A stretch of DNA of 64,000 nt, taken from positions 9,821-73,820 of IMG/VR virus record IMGVR_UViG_3300022932_000017, one strand, 5' to 3'. Under the pieces are notes generated by a model. The model worked only from the letters and a program-made list of their open reading frames with translations. It searched no databases and had not been told where the DNA came from. Source of the DNA: a virus. This document shows positions 39,163 to 48,741 of this stretch, one piece after another; the first letter of the stretch is position 1; every line of letters starts with the position of its first letter. Both the position numbers and the translations under genes were made by a program.

Positions 39163-39411
39163 CTATGGATTTTGCACCTTTTTTATGTCTTCTGCCGGAC
39201 TGAAAGTAATATAGTACTCTTCCCCTGCTTCAAAGAAGCCTAGTGCATCAGGGTTCGTTATATGAAGCTTAATTGAGCCACTAGGAGTATACATACTGAA
39301 AGATTTGTTTTCTTCACTTCCTGATACAACCGGAGAAAGGTTTGCTTCGTGATTGTTGTTTCCGTAGTCTACGACAGAGCCTACTTTGAATTTTGCTTGT
39401 AATGTTCTCAT
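39163..39411 (-). CDS. Conserved small phage protein, monocistronic
   Basis: AKFKV...EENKSF..YTPSGSI.L.ITNP.A...GEEYYITF pattern; promoter box TACTTTTG at 39438-39445. Confidence 0.75.
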   Translation of the reverse strand: MRTLQAKFKVGSVVDYGNNNHEANLSPVVSGSEENKSFSMYTPSGSIKLHITNPDALGFFEAGEEYYITFSPAEDIKKVQNP

Positions 39412-39462
39412 TGCTTATGTTTTTAAATTGTAAGTCTCAAAAGTACAGAAAATAGCAGACAT

Positions 39463-39488
39463 AAAAAAAGAGGGACATAACCCCTCTT
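39463..39488 (-). terminator. Rho-independent terminator
   Basis: AAGAGGG-GTTATGT-CCCTCTTTTTTT. Confidence 0.8.
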
Positions 39489-39557
39489 CCTTGATAAACA
39501 GAATAATATATTTTTTTTAAATGTTTATAAATCTATTAATTGTTATTTTGTTGCTGA

Positions 39558-40154
39558 CTAAGCGATTTTAAGTTGTCTGCCTTTTAGTTCTTTTCCCTTA
39601 GCTAACCAAGAGTCAATAGCCTCAATCATTTCGTATACTTGAGCATCTAACAGGCTTACCAAGGGGTAGTACATGTCATCTGTCTTATTCAGATTGATAA
39701 CTCCACTTTTAAATGAGTTTTTAAATGGTTTTGAGCGCTTTACAGCCACTTTATGTCCGGTGATGTTGATTCCTGCCAGTTGACCATCTTTGTTCTCTAT
39801 AAACTGTATTTTGTCGATGTCAACATTGTCAAACCTTACGTCTTGTTGAAGACCTTCCTTCTGCCATTCAAATTCCTTGAACCATTTTTCGTAGTCCATG
39901 TCTTTATCAAGGTTGATAGAATTGTCAATAAACTCCGAACTAAATAAAAGATGGGGAATCATTTTTTCTATGCAGTCTGACAGTTCTTTGTTTAGAGGTT
40001 GATTGCTGCTCTTAGTCCATTTAACGTCGTACACCTCTTGAGTATTGGATACTTCGGCATCAGGAAACACTACAGTGCAGAACACCTGATTCTTTTTACG
40101 TTGGATTGTTAGTTCTTTGTACTTTACCATTTTTGTTTTTCTAATTGTTTTCAA
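39558..40154 (-). CDS. Hypothetical protein
   Basis: 198-aa ORF in the operon. Confidence 0.65.
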   Translation of the reverse strand: MKTIRKTKMVKYKELTIQRKKNQVFCTVVFPDAEVSNTQEVYDVKWTKSSNQPLNKELSDCIEKMIPHLLFSSEFIDNSINLDKDMDYEKWFKEFEWQKEGLQQDVRFDNVDIDKIQFIENKDGQLAGINITGHKVAVKRSKPFKNSFKSGVINLNKTDDMYYPLVSLLDAQVYEMIEAIDSWLAKGKELKGRQLKIA

Positions 40155-40163
40155 ATATATTAA

Positions 40164-40514
40164 TTATTGTTTTATTAGCTTTCCGTCTCTAACTATATTC
40201 ATTTTAGCCCACGAGTTTACATCTTCATCAGAAGCATTTAAAAACTCATAAGGTAGACGTTTAAGGTAAATAGTCCAAGGTGTTCCTGTGCTATCGGAAT
40301 AAATCTCTGAAATATTTTCATTTCCAATAATATCCCTAAGCCACCCTCTTATCATTTCAATGTCTTGTTCTTCTTGTTTAGTGCCTTTGTCGTAGAGCGA
40401 CGGATTAGCTACCACGATACGGATAAAAGGTGATGATTGGTCTGTTTTTCCAAGTGTTACTACCGCTCTGCTTGGCAAGGCTTCCCTTACTCTGTTTAAA
40501 TCAATTGTTTTCAT
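40164..40514 (-). CDS. Hypothetical protein
   Basis: Operon packing. Confidence 0.65.
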   Translation of the reverse strand: MKTIDLNRVREALPSRAVVTLGKTDQSSPFIRIVVANPSLYDKGTKQEEQDIEMIRGWLRDIIGNENISEIYSDSTGTPWTIYLKRLPYEFLNASDEDVNSWAKMNIVRDGKLIKQ

Positions 40515-40525
40515 AATTCTTTGTT

Positions 40526-41083
40526 TTATTCGGGTACTTCAATGTCTCCTAGTGGAGTGCTTTCTATTCTGGTTTTAGGTTTTGGATTAGCTTTATCAGC
40601 TATTTTGTAATTAGTCCATGCGCAACCTATCTCAAACATATCTCTGTTGCCAAGGATTAAGGTTCTGCAACCATCCATTCTCTGCCATTCAATATCTTGT
40701 TTGACTAACCATGAACGAAATAGAGATGAACATTCCATTACAGGCACTCCTTCTTTGATAGGTTCTAAGTCTACAGGACGACCTACAGAAGTGAATTGCA
40801 AAGGTTGCCTATCAAAATCATGAAGCATCTTAACAAGTTGGTCTTGCTGTTCTTTCTGCCACTCTTTATCTATCTCAACTATCTGCCAGTCTTCACGTAG
40901 AACTGTTGCTTCTAGCCAAGGTGTTGTAGATACAGTGCCATCATGCTTCATTACATTGATCTTTCCGGCCTCTAGAAACCAATAGCCCGACCATTCGGGA
41001 CACCTTACCCACTTTCTCTCTTTGAGAGCTTGTAGAGCCTCGGAGAAGGTTAAATTACGCTGTACAATTGTTAGTTTTTTCAT
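40526..41083 (-). CDS. DUF2829/Tad2-like protein with C-terminal extension
   Basis: TFSEALQALK...VR.PEW.G...PW....VLREDWQIV. Confidence 0.65.
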   Translation of the reverse strand: MKKLTIVQRNLTFSEALQALKERKWVRCPEWSGYWFLEAGKINVMKHDGTVSTTPWLEATVLREDWQIVEIDKEWQKEQQDQLVKMLHDFDRQPLQFTSVGRPVDLEPIKEGVPVMECSSLFRSWLVKQDIEWQRMDGCRTLILGNRDMFEIGCAWTNYKIADKANPKPKTRIESTPLGDIEVPE

Positions 41084-41085
41084 CT

Positions 41086-41364
41086 CTATAGTTTATTAGG
41101 TGAACATACTAAATCAAACTCTTCTGCATACTCGGTTGCCGACTCTTCGGAAAAGTCTCTAATAAACCTTCTGCAAGCATCTGCATTGTGAAACCTAACT
41201 AGTTCGAAGGCTATTTCTTCATCACTGTCTTTGTTGTATCCATAGCATTGTATGGTTACAATTTGATTTCCATCGTCATCTGTGTCTCTGAAAAGTAGAA
41301 CATCAGGTAGTGGATTTTTTAATTCAATAGTTTTAAATTCCATGTTGTTTTCTATTTGTTTCAT
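41086..41364 (-). CDS. Hypothetical acidic protein
   Basis: Operon packing. Confidence 0.6.
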   Translation of the reverse strand: MKQIENNMEFKTIELKNPLPDVLLFRDTDDDGNQIVTIQCYGYNKDSDEEIAFELVRFHNADACRRFIRDFSEESATEYAEEFDLVCSPNKL

Positions 41365-41855
41365 AATAAATCTATTTCTTTTTGCTCATTGGGAGAGGGA
41401 ATGTAGTGGTTCAAAAACTCCATGCTCCACTTTTGGATTGCATCTATGTAACTCATAAACTCTGTAGTGGTTAATTCAGTAGTTGATTTGGTTATACTGA
41501 TGTATTCCCCGCTAAATTCAGGTGATGGTAAGTCCTCTGTAAGGAATTTATGCCTAAGCATATCGTGTACTACCTCAAGATTAAGTGAACTAGCTTCGAA
41601 TCCTGCCTCTATAAGCCCGTCTAATACTTCCGGCACACAGCAACTCCAATAATACGAGTTCTGTAGCGTAGAGCGCATCTTACGTGGCTTCCTGAACACT
41701 CCAATGACAGTCATGCTTTTGAATAAGTTTTTCATGTCATTTTCGAAGGCTTTACGATTTACAATCTTGATTTCTTTGCCATCTTCGGAGACTTTAAATT
41801 GATATTTAAGTTCTTTAGTTGCCATTATCCTAATATTATCCAATACATGCCACAA
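41361..41855 (-). CDS. NinB/Orf-like recombination accessory protein
   Basis: RSTLQNSYYW...VHDMLRHKFL...STTELTTTEF..YIDAI..W...IPSP. Confidence 0.7.
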   Translation of the reverse strand: MWHVLDNIRIMATKELKYQFKVSEDGKEIKIVNRKAFENDMKNLFKSMTVIGVFRKPRKMRSTLQNSYYWSCCVPEVLDGLIEAGFEASSLNLEVVHDMLRHKFLTEDLPSPEFSGEYISITKSTTELTTTEFMSYIDAIQKWSMEFLNHYIPSPNEQKEIDLL

Positions 41856-41952
41856 ATCTTTTTTTCACGAATCCACATCGTATGTAATCCGTACATGTGA
41901 AAAGCTAATATCCCCGCTCCTACATGAATTATTTTAAGTGTTGTTAGTCTAC

Positions 41953-42222
41953 TCATTTCAATTGGTCTTTAATTTTAAGTATTGATTCTTGGTCTACTTC
42001 AACATGATCCATGTCATCTGCAAAGTATGCGTAATTGCCTTTCATAATATGTTTGTTATGTCTTTCTATTTTTAAGTATGCTTTATCTGCTGCGGCATCT
42101 ATAGCTTGTTCAGCGTATAACTTCATGAAATTGATAACATCTTTATACGTATATAATTCATCAAATTGACTTACGTCATCGGCTTGCCAATATTCTTGTA
42201 AAATTTCTAGTCCTGTTTTCAT
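41953..42222 (-). CDS. Hypothetical protein
   Basis: Phage small-gene pattern ending VDQESIL. Confidence 0.6.
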   Translation of the reverse strand: MKTGLEILQEYWQADDVSQFDELYTYKDVINFMKLYAEQAIDAAADKAYLKIERHNKHIMKGNYAYFADDMDHVEVDQESILKIKDQLK

Positions 42223-42225
42223 GGT

Positions 42226-42468
42226 TTAATCTTCAATTATAAGTTCAAATTCTCTAACATACCAATCTTGAAACCTGCCAAATTCAAATGGAATATAATC
42301 TTCATGTTTATAGCATTCATCCCATTCTGACTTTTCCTGCGCTTTGTGTTTATTCATTGCCGCTATTGCTCCTTCTTCTGTTCTGTGGTAAGATTCAATA
42401 TAAGATGCGCTTTCCTCTGTCATTGGGTTGTAATAGAATGCCCAAAGTTTAATTGTTTCGTTTTCCAT
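42226..42468 (-). CDS. Hypothetical protein
   Basis: Operon packing. Confidence 0.6.
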   Translation of the reverse strand: MENETIKLWAFYYNPMTEESASYIESYHRTEEGAIAAMNKHKAQEKSEWDECYKHEDYIPFEFGRFQDWYVREFELIIED

Positions 42469-42472
42469 GTTT

Positions 42473-42730
42473 TTAAATTAAAGCCGTTACAGCCGTTTTA
42501 AGCTCTTCATAAGTTAATTCCGATATATATTCATCTCCACCAGAACAAATGCATCCAAAGACCTTATTTGACCAATTAAATGAATATCCTGATATGTTAT
42601 CTATAGTAAAGAACATACATTCCCTAGTTTCAGGTCTTTCATCGCTTATTTCTATGCCTAAGTCTAGCAGTTGTGTTGCCTCCGGTGTATTCCAGAATAT
42701 GTTTAGGGCTAGTGGGGTTTTAAGATTCAT
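42473..42730 (-). CDS. Hypothetical protein
   Basis: Operon packing. Confidence 0.6.
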   Translation of the reverse strand: MNLKTPLALNIFWNTPEATQLLDLGIEISDERPETRECMFFTIDNISGYSFNWSNKVFGCICSGGDEYISELTYEELKTAVTALI

Positions 42731-43037
42731 GTGTTTCTTGTTTTTCTTTTTCAGCTATATTCAAGAGTGTTCTCCTGATTCCTCGCTTTGTAAATTCTAT
42801 AGACAATAATCTATAGCACTCGTCACGATAACTTTCTTTATCTTCCGTCGCCATTTTACCATAATAAGGCCCTGTGCCTAGTCTATACATTAACTTATCA
42901 CTTCCTGTATACAAACAAACTGTAGCGGTTTCATCTGTTATTTCTTCTTTGAAATACATAGACGTACCTTCTTCCATATTTATTTCGTCAATTAGCTTTC
43001 TAAAAAAGCCTCTGCTTAAATTCTTTCTGTATGCCAT
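42720..43037 (-). CDS. Hypothetical protein
   Basis: Operon packing. Confidence 0.6.
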   Translation of the reverse strand: MAYRKNLSRGFFRKLIDEINMEEGTSMYFKEEITDETATVCLYTGSDKLMYRLGTGPYYGKMATEDKESYRDECYRLLSIEFTKRGIRRTLLNIAEKEKQETHES

Positions 43038-43254
43038 TTCTATTTATTTTTAAACCTTCAACCTGCATTAATAGATCTTCTTCTCTCTCTTTAATTCTAA
43101 CACTTCCGTTTCTTAAATTGGGAGCAGTAAACATTATAATCCCATCCTCATTTATATCGAAAGCCCCCTTACATCTATCGAGAAACAAATTAATTTTAGT
43201 TCCGTCAGTAGTATCATCCGATGATACAGTAATCGTTATTCTTTTATCTTCCAT
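43000..43254 (-). CDS. Hypothetical protein
   Basis: Operon packing. Confidence 0.55.
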   Translation of the reverse strand: MEDKRITITVSSDDTTDGTKINLFLDRCKGAFDINEDGIIMFTAPNLRNGSVRIKEREEDLLMQVEGLKINRNGIQKEFKQRLF

Positions 43255-43484
43255 TATTTGAATATTATAGCACCCCTTACTTTTGTTTTTGTATGAGGCA
43301 GTTTAACCCATCCTATTTGTTGCCTCCCATCTTTAGCTCGTGAGAAGTCGTTGAACTTCATAAATTGAAAAACTATAATATTATCACAATCAGATTTGAA
43401 AGATGCAATTTTTGACTTACCCGCTAATGACAGCAATGAACATGAATATCTAGTATTCTCATGAACTATATACCACCTTCTCAT
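43254..43484 (-). CDS. Hypothetical protein
   Basis: Overlapping starts and stops with its neighbours. Confidence 0.5.
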   Translation of the reverse strand: MRRWYIVHENTRYSCSLLSLAGKSKIASFKSDCDNIIVFQFMKFNDFSRAKDGRQQIGWVKLPHTKTKVRGAIIFK

Positions 43485-43966
43485 TTTACCTCCCTAGTTA
43501 ATGTTGTTTCTACTCCATGCTTAAATTCCATAATATACTTTATAGATGAAATCCTTTTTGAATCATCCTCTACAAAGTAGTATAATGGGTTTATCTTGTA
43601 AACTCCCTTAATCATAGATACTAAAAACCCAACATCAGAAAGCTGCCTGAAAGCTTTATTAATAGCATCATCACCATAACTCTTGTTTGCCTTCCCTTTA
43701 TGTTTAGAATGAAAGTCCGCAAACGTCTTTCTTGTTATAGCGTTGTTATTAATAAAACCATTTTCTGTCATATTACCAGACAACCATTCCATCAAATGCA
43801 TTCCACACCCTGTTATACCCATTATAAGGCATACAACCGAATTATACCTTCTAGTGAATTTAACATCCGCACTAATAAAGTCGTACTCATAAGTCTTATC
43901 ACCATCAGCATCTTTAAGAACCTTCTTTCGATACTTAATCTCTACTATATCTGTTTGTTTTTTCAT
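43481..43966 (-). CDS. RepL-like winged-helix protein (start reassigned to MKKQTD)
   Basis: INKAFRQL..VGFL...KGVYKINPLYYF; promoter box TATATTTG at 43971-43978. Confidence 0.6.
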   Translation of the reverse strand: MKKQTDIVEIKYRKKVLKDADGDKTYEYDFISADVKFTRRYNSVVCLIMGITGCGMHLMEWLSGNMTENGFINNNAITRKTFADFHSKHKGKANKSYGDDAINKAFRQLSDVGFLVSMIKGVYKINPLYYFVEDDSKRISSIKYIMEFKHGVETTLTREVK

Positions 43967-43989
43967 ACAGCAAATATACATATAGTATT

Positions 43990-45100
43990 TTAAAATCCTA
44001 ATCTTATGTATAAATAAATATCATTATAGCATACGCCTCATCCTATACAACTGTACGCCACGTACGACAAGTACCCCAAAAATCGGTGTGCCAAACTATT
44101 AAAATCACTACTCAACACACATTAAACATCGATTTTCAACATTCCAAGATTCCCTATTACATTTACGGGTGTACTAAACAAATAACGTAAACTATATACA
44201 ATAAAAAATCTCCAAAATTTTTCTAGATATTCGATGAGGACATACTATCCACCCCATTATCACCCCGCCCCACCCCAAAATGAATCAATCCCTACAAACG
44301 GGGGTGGGCTAACAATCAAAATCAATCCATCTTGTTTATCCCTCTCCCTGTCATGTATTAATCAAAAGCGAATCAATCTAAGGATATCTCCTTGTTAGCT
44401 TATCATACTAAAGCAAGGCATACCAATAGATATATCTATTAGACCTTGTAATGGATTAACTTTAGTCATTAGTGTTATTGGTTATCCATCTATAATCACA
44501 GGCTTAAAGCTAATTGTTTGAATTTCATAGTAAAGTCTCCCAGTTTACGGGGTTTATACTATAATGTTGTTTGAATTTCATAAGGAATAAGTTTTGACTA
44601 TTTAATTCATTCATTTGAATAGTTTTGTTAGTCATTTGAATGAAAATGAGGTATAAAAACCCCTTAAAAAACAGTAAAAATACCTTAAATCCCCACTTAG
44701 TCTAATCTTGATTAATATGTAAGTATCTAATAAATAAAGTGTTGTTGTTATCTAAGATGGTTTATAATAGCTTGATAGACGTATTTGTTATGGAGTCATA
44801 GTTGTTATTATATATAATAGATAGTTGTTTGTGCGGTGTTATAATGGTTTATAGGGTTATTATGGGAATAAGGTTAATATAATGGCATATATAGTAGTTG
44901 TTGGTATAAAAATAGTTTACATTGATTTGTGGGTTTAAAGTACATTAAAGACTGATTAGCATGTTTTATATTAAAATATATCAAATATTATTTGGTAATA
45001 ATAAATATAATGTGTTATCTTTGTTGAAGACAAACGGGAAGAAATAAGGGTCATTTCGGGTTTGTACTAAATAAAGGACATTAATTTAAAACTTGCAATT
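43990..45100. other. Large non-coding divergence region (candidate genome end/packaging or control region)
   Basis: No ORF of 60 aa or more; C-tracts, AATCAATC repeats, then a G/T-rich, AT-rich stretch. Confidence 0.6.
44991..45023 (+). promoter_or_regulatory. Early sigma-A promoter TTTG-N21-TATCTTTG
   Basis: Both -33 and -7 Bacteroidota elements at consensus spacing, upstream of the first plus-strand gene. Confidence 0.8.
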
Positions 45101-45391
45101 ATGAATACTACAGACAAAATCAATCAACTACTTAATGAAGGTGTAACGGCTAGCTTTGCTAAGTTCCATGGAATGGAACAGGATGATGTTAACGATTATA
45201 CTAGAGGTGCTATACAAACGGCAAATGCTTTAATGCCTGTTATAGCTCAAATGATATTATTAATGGAGCAGGATGCTATTAAATTTAGGGATTGGTGTAC
45301 TAATGTACAGGCACCATATTTAAGAAATGGTTGGCAAGATATGAGCACAGAAGAACTATATATATTCTATAAAAACACAAAGTCACTGTAA
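45101..45391 (+). CDS. Hypothetical early protein
   Basis: First gene after the promoter. Confidence 0.65.
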   Translation: MNTTDKINQLLNEGVTASFAKFHGMEQDDVNDYTRGAIQTANALMPVIAQMILLMEQDAIKFRDWCTNVQAPYLRNGWQDMSTEELYIFYKNTKSL

Positions 45392-45660
45392 AGTTCCGCA
45401 AGTCTTTGCGGTCTGTCTGCCTCGCCTCCTTAATTGGTTGCGGGGATTAGGCAGTAGTAAGACAATGTAGTTTTACATTTTAGCTTTATCTCACATGAAC
45501 ACATTACAATCACTTCAACCGTTTAGCCTTGTTAGAATATCTCATGGAAAGTGGCAAGTATTAGACTGCAACGGTATAGATTACATTGGGGAGTATGTAA
45601 CATTGAAAGATGCTAAACGTACTACTGGAAATAAATATATAATAATTAAATAACTAAACT

Positions 45661-45918
45661 ATGAAATTCATTCTCACACTAGCTTTATGTTTGTCTATGA
45701 CAGGTGTATTAAGCGCACAAACGATTAAAAAAGACTTATCCGGTAACTATATTCAAGTATCTAAAGATAGTGTATCTAAAGCCTTAAAAACAGGCAATAC
45801 GTTTACAGACTCTAAAGGGGTTGTGTATCCATTGTATAAAGGTTCTAAAGGAGGTCTGTTTTACAATAGAGTATCTAAAGCGGGTAAAGAGTATAAAGTT
45901 TATATTAAGGGGGTTTAG
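45661..45918 (+). CDS. Small secreted protein
   Basis: Signal peptide MKFILTLALCLSMTGVLSA|Q. Confidence 0.7.
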   Translation: MKFILTLALCLSMTGVLSAQTIKKDLSGNYIQVSKDSVSKALKTGNTFTDSKGVVYPLYKGSKGGLFYNRVSKAGKEYKVYIKGV

Positions 45919-45921
45919 GTT

Positions 45922-46131
45922 ATGAAATACTACGTTGTAAAACTTAAAGACGATAAAGCAACACAATTTATTAAAACGTGCGCTTTGAATGATGACGGAC
46001 TAAGAAACATTATCATGAATGCTTATAACTGTCCCGAATATGCAATAGAGTTTAAAGAGGTGCCATTTAGTTCATGGAGTATGGGCGCAAAGTTCTTATT
46101 TAACAACACGCCAAGCAATGAAAAATATTAA
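45922..46131 (+). CDS. Hypothetical protein
   Basis: Operon packing. Confidence 0.55.
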   Translation: MKYYVVKLKDDKATQFIKTCALNDDGLRNIIMNAYNCPEYAIEFKEVPFSSWSMGAKFLFNNTPSNEKY

Positions 46132-46268
46132 AGCACCATCGCAACGATTTACATACGCATTAGCGGCATTATTAGTTATCGCAGCAGTATTTGTATACCT
46201 AATCTTTTAAATGCCTTAAAAGGGCTTAAAATCAATCAAATTATTAACAGTATTTAAAACATATTAAA

Positions 46269-46682
46269 ATGAACAATTCAGAAACACAAACCGGAGCAAT
46301 TGACCTACGTAAAAAAACAGAACTACCTTCATTCCATTACACGTTCCAAATAACAAAAAGTATAATGTTTAATGTTTCATATTATAGATTAGGTAATAAT
46401 AAAAATAAATACTTTGCTACATCTGCCGATTTATTTAATAAACCTAAAAGCGATTGGAGCGAATGCGGTCAAGCTCAAAGCAACTTGCTAAGTGGGCTAT
46501 CTATGAAATTCTATAAAAAATGGGATAACTACCACACTCTTGATTTAAGCAAAATTGAATACGATGCACTATTAATAGATATAGAAGCTTTAAAAAACGC
46601 TTATAATTTTCTACACACAGACACCGACAATGATTTTAATTTTTCAGATATAAGGACTTTTTCAAAACAAAAAACTAAATAA
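46269..46682 (+). CDS. Hypothetical protein
   Basis: 137-aa ORF with an A-rich start. Confidence 0.65.
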   Translation: MNNSETQTGAIDLRKKTELPSFHYTFQITKSIMFNVSYYRLGNNKNKYFATSADLFNKPKSDWSECGQAQSNLLSGLSMKFYKKWDNYHTLDLSKIEYDALLIDIEALKNAYNFLHTDTDNDFNFSDIRTFSKQKTK

Positions 46683-46686
46683 GGGA

Positions 46687-46980
46687 ATGAAATCTAAACT
46701 AACCTGCCTTATACTGTTAATGAGTTTATCGGGATTTAGCCAACGTTATAAAAGCATATTAGTAGCTGATGAAACAACAATAAAACAATTAAAGTATTCA
46801 TTCATAGTAAACACTTGCAATGACAGCATTTTTAATCTCATACAGACACGATTTAATGTTAATGTCACTGATTACTACAGAAAGAAAAGAAAGTCCTTTA
46901 AAACGCCTTATTTCGATTACACGATTAGGTTTAGACAAACACAATTAACAGAGGTAGAACAATATTTAAAATCACTATGA
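46687..46980 (+). CDS. Small secreted protein
   Basis: Signal peptide MKSKLTCLILLMSLSGFS|Q. Confidence 0.65.
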   Translation: MKSKLTCLILLMSLSGFSQRYKSILVADETTIKQLKYSFIVNTCNDSIFNLIQTRFNVNVTDYYRKKRKSFKTPYFDYTIRFRQTQLTEVEQYLKSL

Positions 46981-47231
46981 AAACTGAATGGCATAATGCA
47001 TATATAACTGACAAAACAGGGGCAAAACTATTTTGCGCAAACGCAACCGGATTTGGCATACAATCAGAGTTAAAGAATTTACAGCGCCACATTAATAATG
47101 CAAAAAGTAATCCAGAGCATTACAGATTTTTAGATTTAGAAACGGCACATATAATTTTAGATGGTGAAAGATACGGCACCGCACTTAATGACATTTTAGA
47201 TGATGACCTTCTTAATCAATTGCTAGGATAA
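46977..47231 (+). CDS. Hypothetical protein
   Basis: ATGA overlap. Confidence 0.65.
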   Translation: MKTEWHNAYITDKTGAKLFCANATGFGIQSELKNLQRHINNAKSNPEHYRFLDLETAHIILDGERYGTALNDILDDDLLNQLLG

Positions 47232-47389
47232 AACATATTCCCTAATTGCGCTTAATCCGTCATCGCACCGGATAGGGAACCAACACAAAACATATAGTGT
47301 ATAAATGTATGTCGTATTGCAATGTTACGTCATTGCACGTGTGCTAACGAAAAAGCTAGGGATATGATGCACTAAACCCAAATCAAAAC

Positions 47390-47556
47390 TATGTGCCGTT
47401 AAAACGTCTGTAATGGACAGTATCCTAAAGAGAAATAAGGAGAAAGCGCAACACTCGGAATCGTGTCTAAGGTAATACCGTAACACCCGTAAAAATATGT
47501 AATGATACTACGCTATGCGTAAAGGTTGCAAGTCCTTGTAAAATTCAGAGCACATA
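47390..47556 (+). ncRNA. Candidate structured RNA
   Basis: Closing stem TATGTGC/GCACATA; internal hairpins TACGC-TAT-GCGTA and T-arm-like AAGG-TTGCAAGT-CCTT. Confidence 0.35.
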
Positions 47557-47574
47557 AATGGAAACATAAAACAA

Positions 47575-47784
47575 ATGAATATGGAAGGAATCAATTTAAA
47601 TACTGTGTATATGGTTTATTGTTTAAAAAATGAATCAATTGCATTAATTACCGAATCAGAGACAACAGCAAAATCAATGGTTTTTAATGATAATGGTTTA
47701 GAGTATTCAATCTACCCTCCATTTACATTTGTCTCTAACAAAGTGCAACCGCAGCTTTACGAAACTACATTATTAGAATATTAA
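47575..47784 (+). CDS. Hypothetical protein
   Basis: A-rich start context. Confidence 0.55.
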   Translation: MNMEGINLNTVYMVYCLKNESIALITESETTAKSMVFNDNGLEYSIYPPFTFVSNKVQPQLYETTLLEY

Positions 47785-47797
47785 CAAACGTTGTATT

Positions 47798-48469
47798 ATG
47801 AGTTATAAATCATATTGGTTTTTTACAGCCGGAATAAATAAGACTTTAATAGTAAAAAAAGGAACAAAACAATGGATAGAATACAATATCCAAGAAACAG
47901 AGGAGACTCTAAACATTGAGAGGGAGAAATATATGGACAATCCTGTACGGTGGAAATGGAGCGATTACAAGGACATTAAAAATGAAATTCTATGTGAAGT
48001 AGCTGAAAGGCATAATAATTTCACTAAGAGGCTATACGATCGCATAAATGAATGTCAAAAAAATATACCTACTGAATTTGAAGAGATAACACCATCCGAT
48101 TTTGCTGAATACCTACCTGCACTATCCACAATAACAGTGCCCCCTGAAAGATGGACAGGAGATTATTATACTGAACAAATGAATGTTATGTATAGGGTAA
48201 TGCGAGGCCAAGGAGAGGACGATGGAATTTATTTAGATGCTCCTAAATTATCCATCAAACAAGCTGCGGGAGTTATAAGACTTTTTAGTGAATACCTAGA
48301 TAAGGATGATAGGCGCTTAGATGTACCTAAAGGACATGATTATTTAGCATCAAGTTATGATGGTGGCTATGAATGGTGTGAAAAATGTGGTGCCATAACT
48401 TATGATGACTCGTTATCATGTAGAACTAGAAAATGTCCACTAATTAAAGAGTATAACCGAAACGATTAA
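47798..48469 (+). CDS. Hypothetical protein with C-terminal Cys cluster
   Basis: CEKCG...C...CP. Confidence 0.7.
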   Translation: MSYKSYWFFTAGINKTLIVKKGTKQWIEYNIQETEETLNIEREKYMDNPVRWKWSDYKDIKNEILCEVAERHNNFTKRLYDRINECQKNIPTEFEEITPSDFAEYLPALSTITVPPERWTGDYYTEQMNVMYRVMRGQGEDDGIYLDAPKLSIKQAAGVIRLFSEYLDKDDRRLDVPKGHDYLASSYDGGYEWCEKCGAITYDDSLSCRTRKCPLIKEYNRND

Positions 48470-48741
48470 TCAAATGGAAACTATACTATTCCTTACCCTC
48501 CCTATCATTCTATTAATACTAATTGCTTTGTTTGCTGATTGGCTGACAGAATGGCTTCCTAAATGGTGGGCTAAACATTTTAACGATTAAAAATTAGAAC
48601 AAATGAAAAACACAAAATTCAGAGAAACACAACTAAAGCTAATTGAAAAATACCTCAAACAACCTAAACCGCCTATGATAAAGATTCATTCCGGCTCTAT
48701 GGCGCTGCGGTATTCTATGAAAGTATTACTTCACCCCAATA

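Noticed and set aside
43990-45100. CRISPR array or long terminal repeat
   Set aside because: Only short, irregular repeats; no constant repeat-spacer period and no second copy in the window
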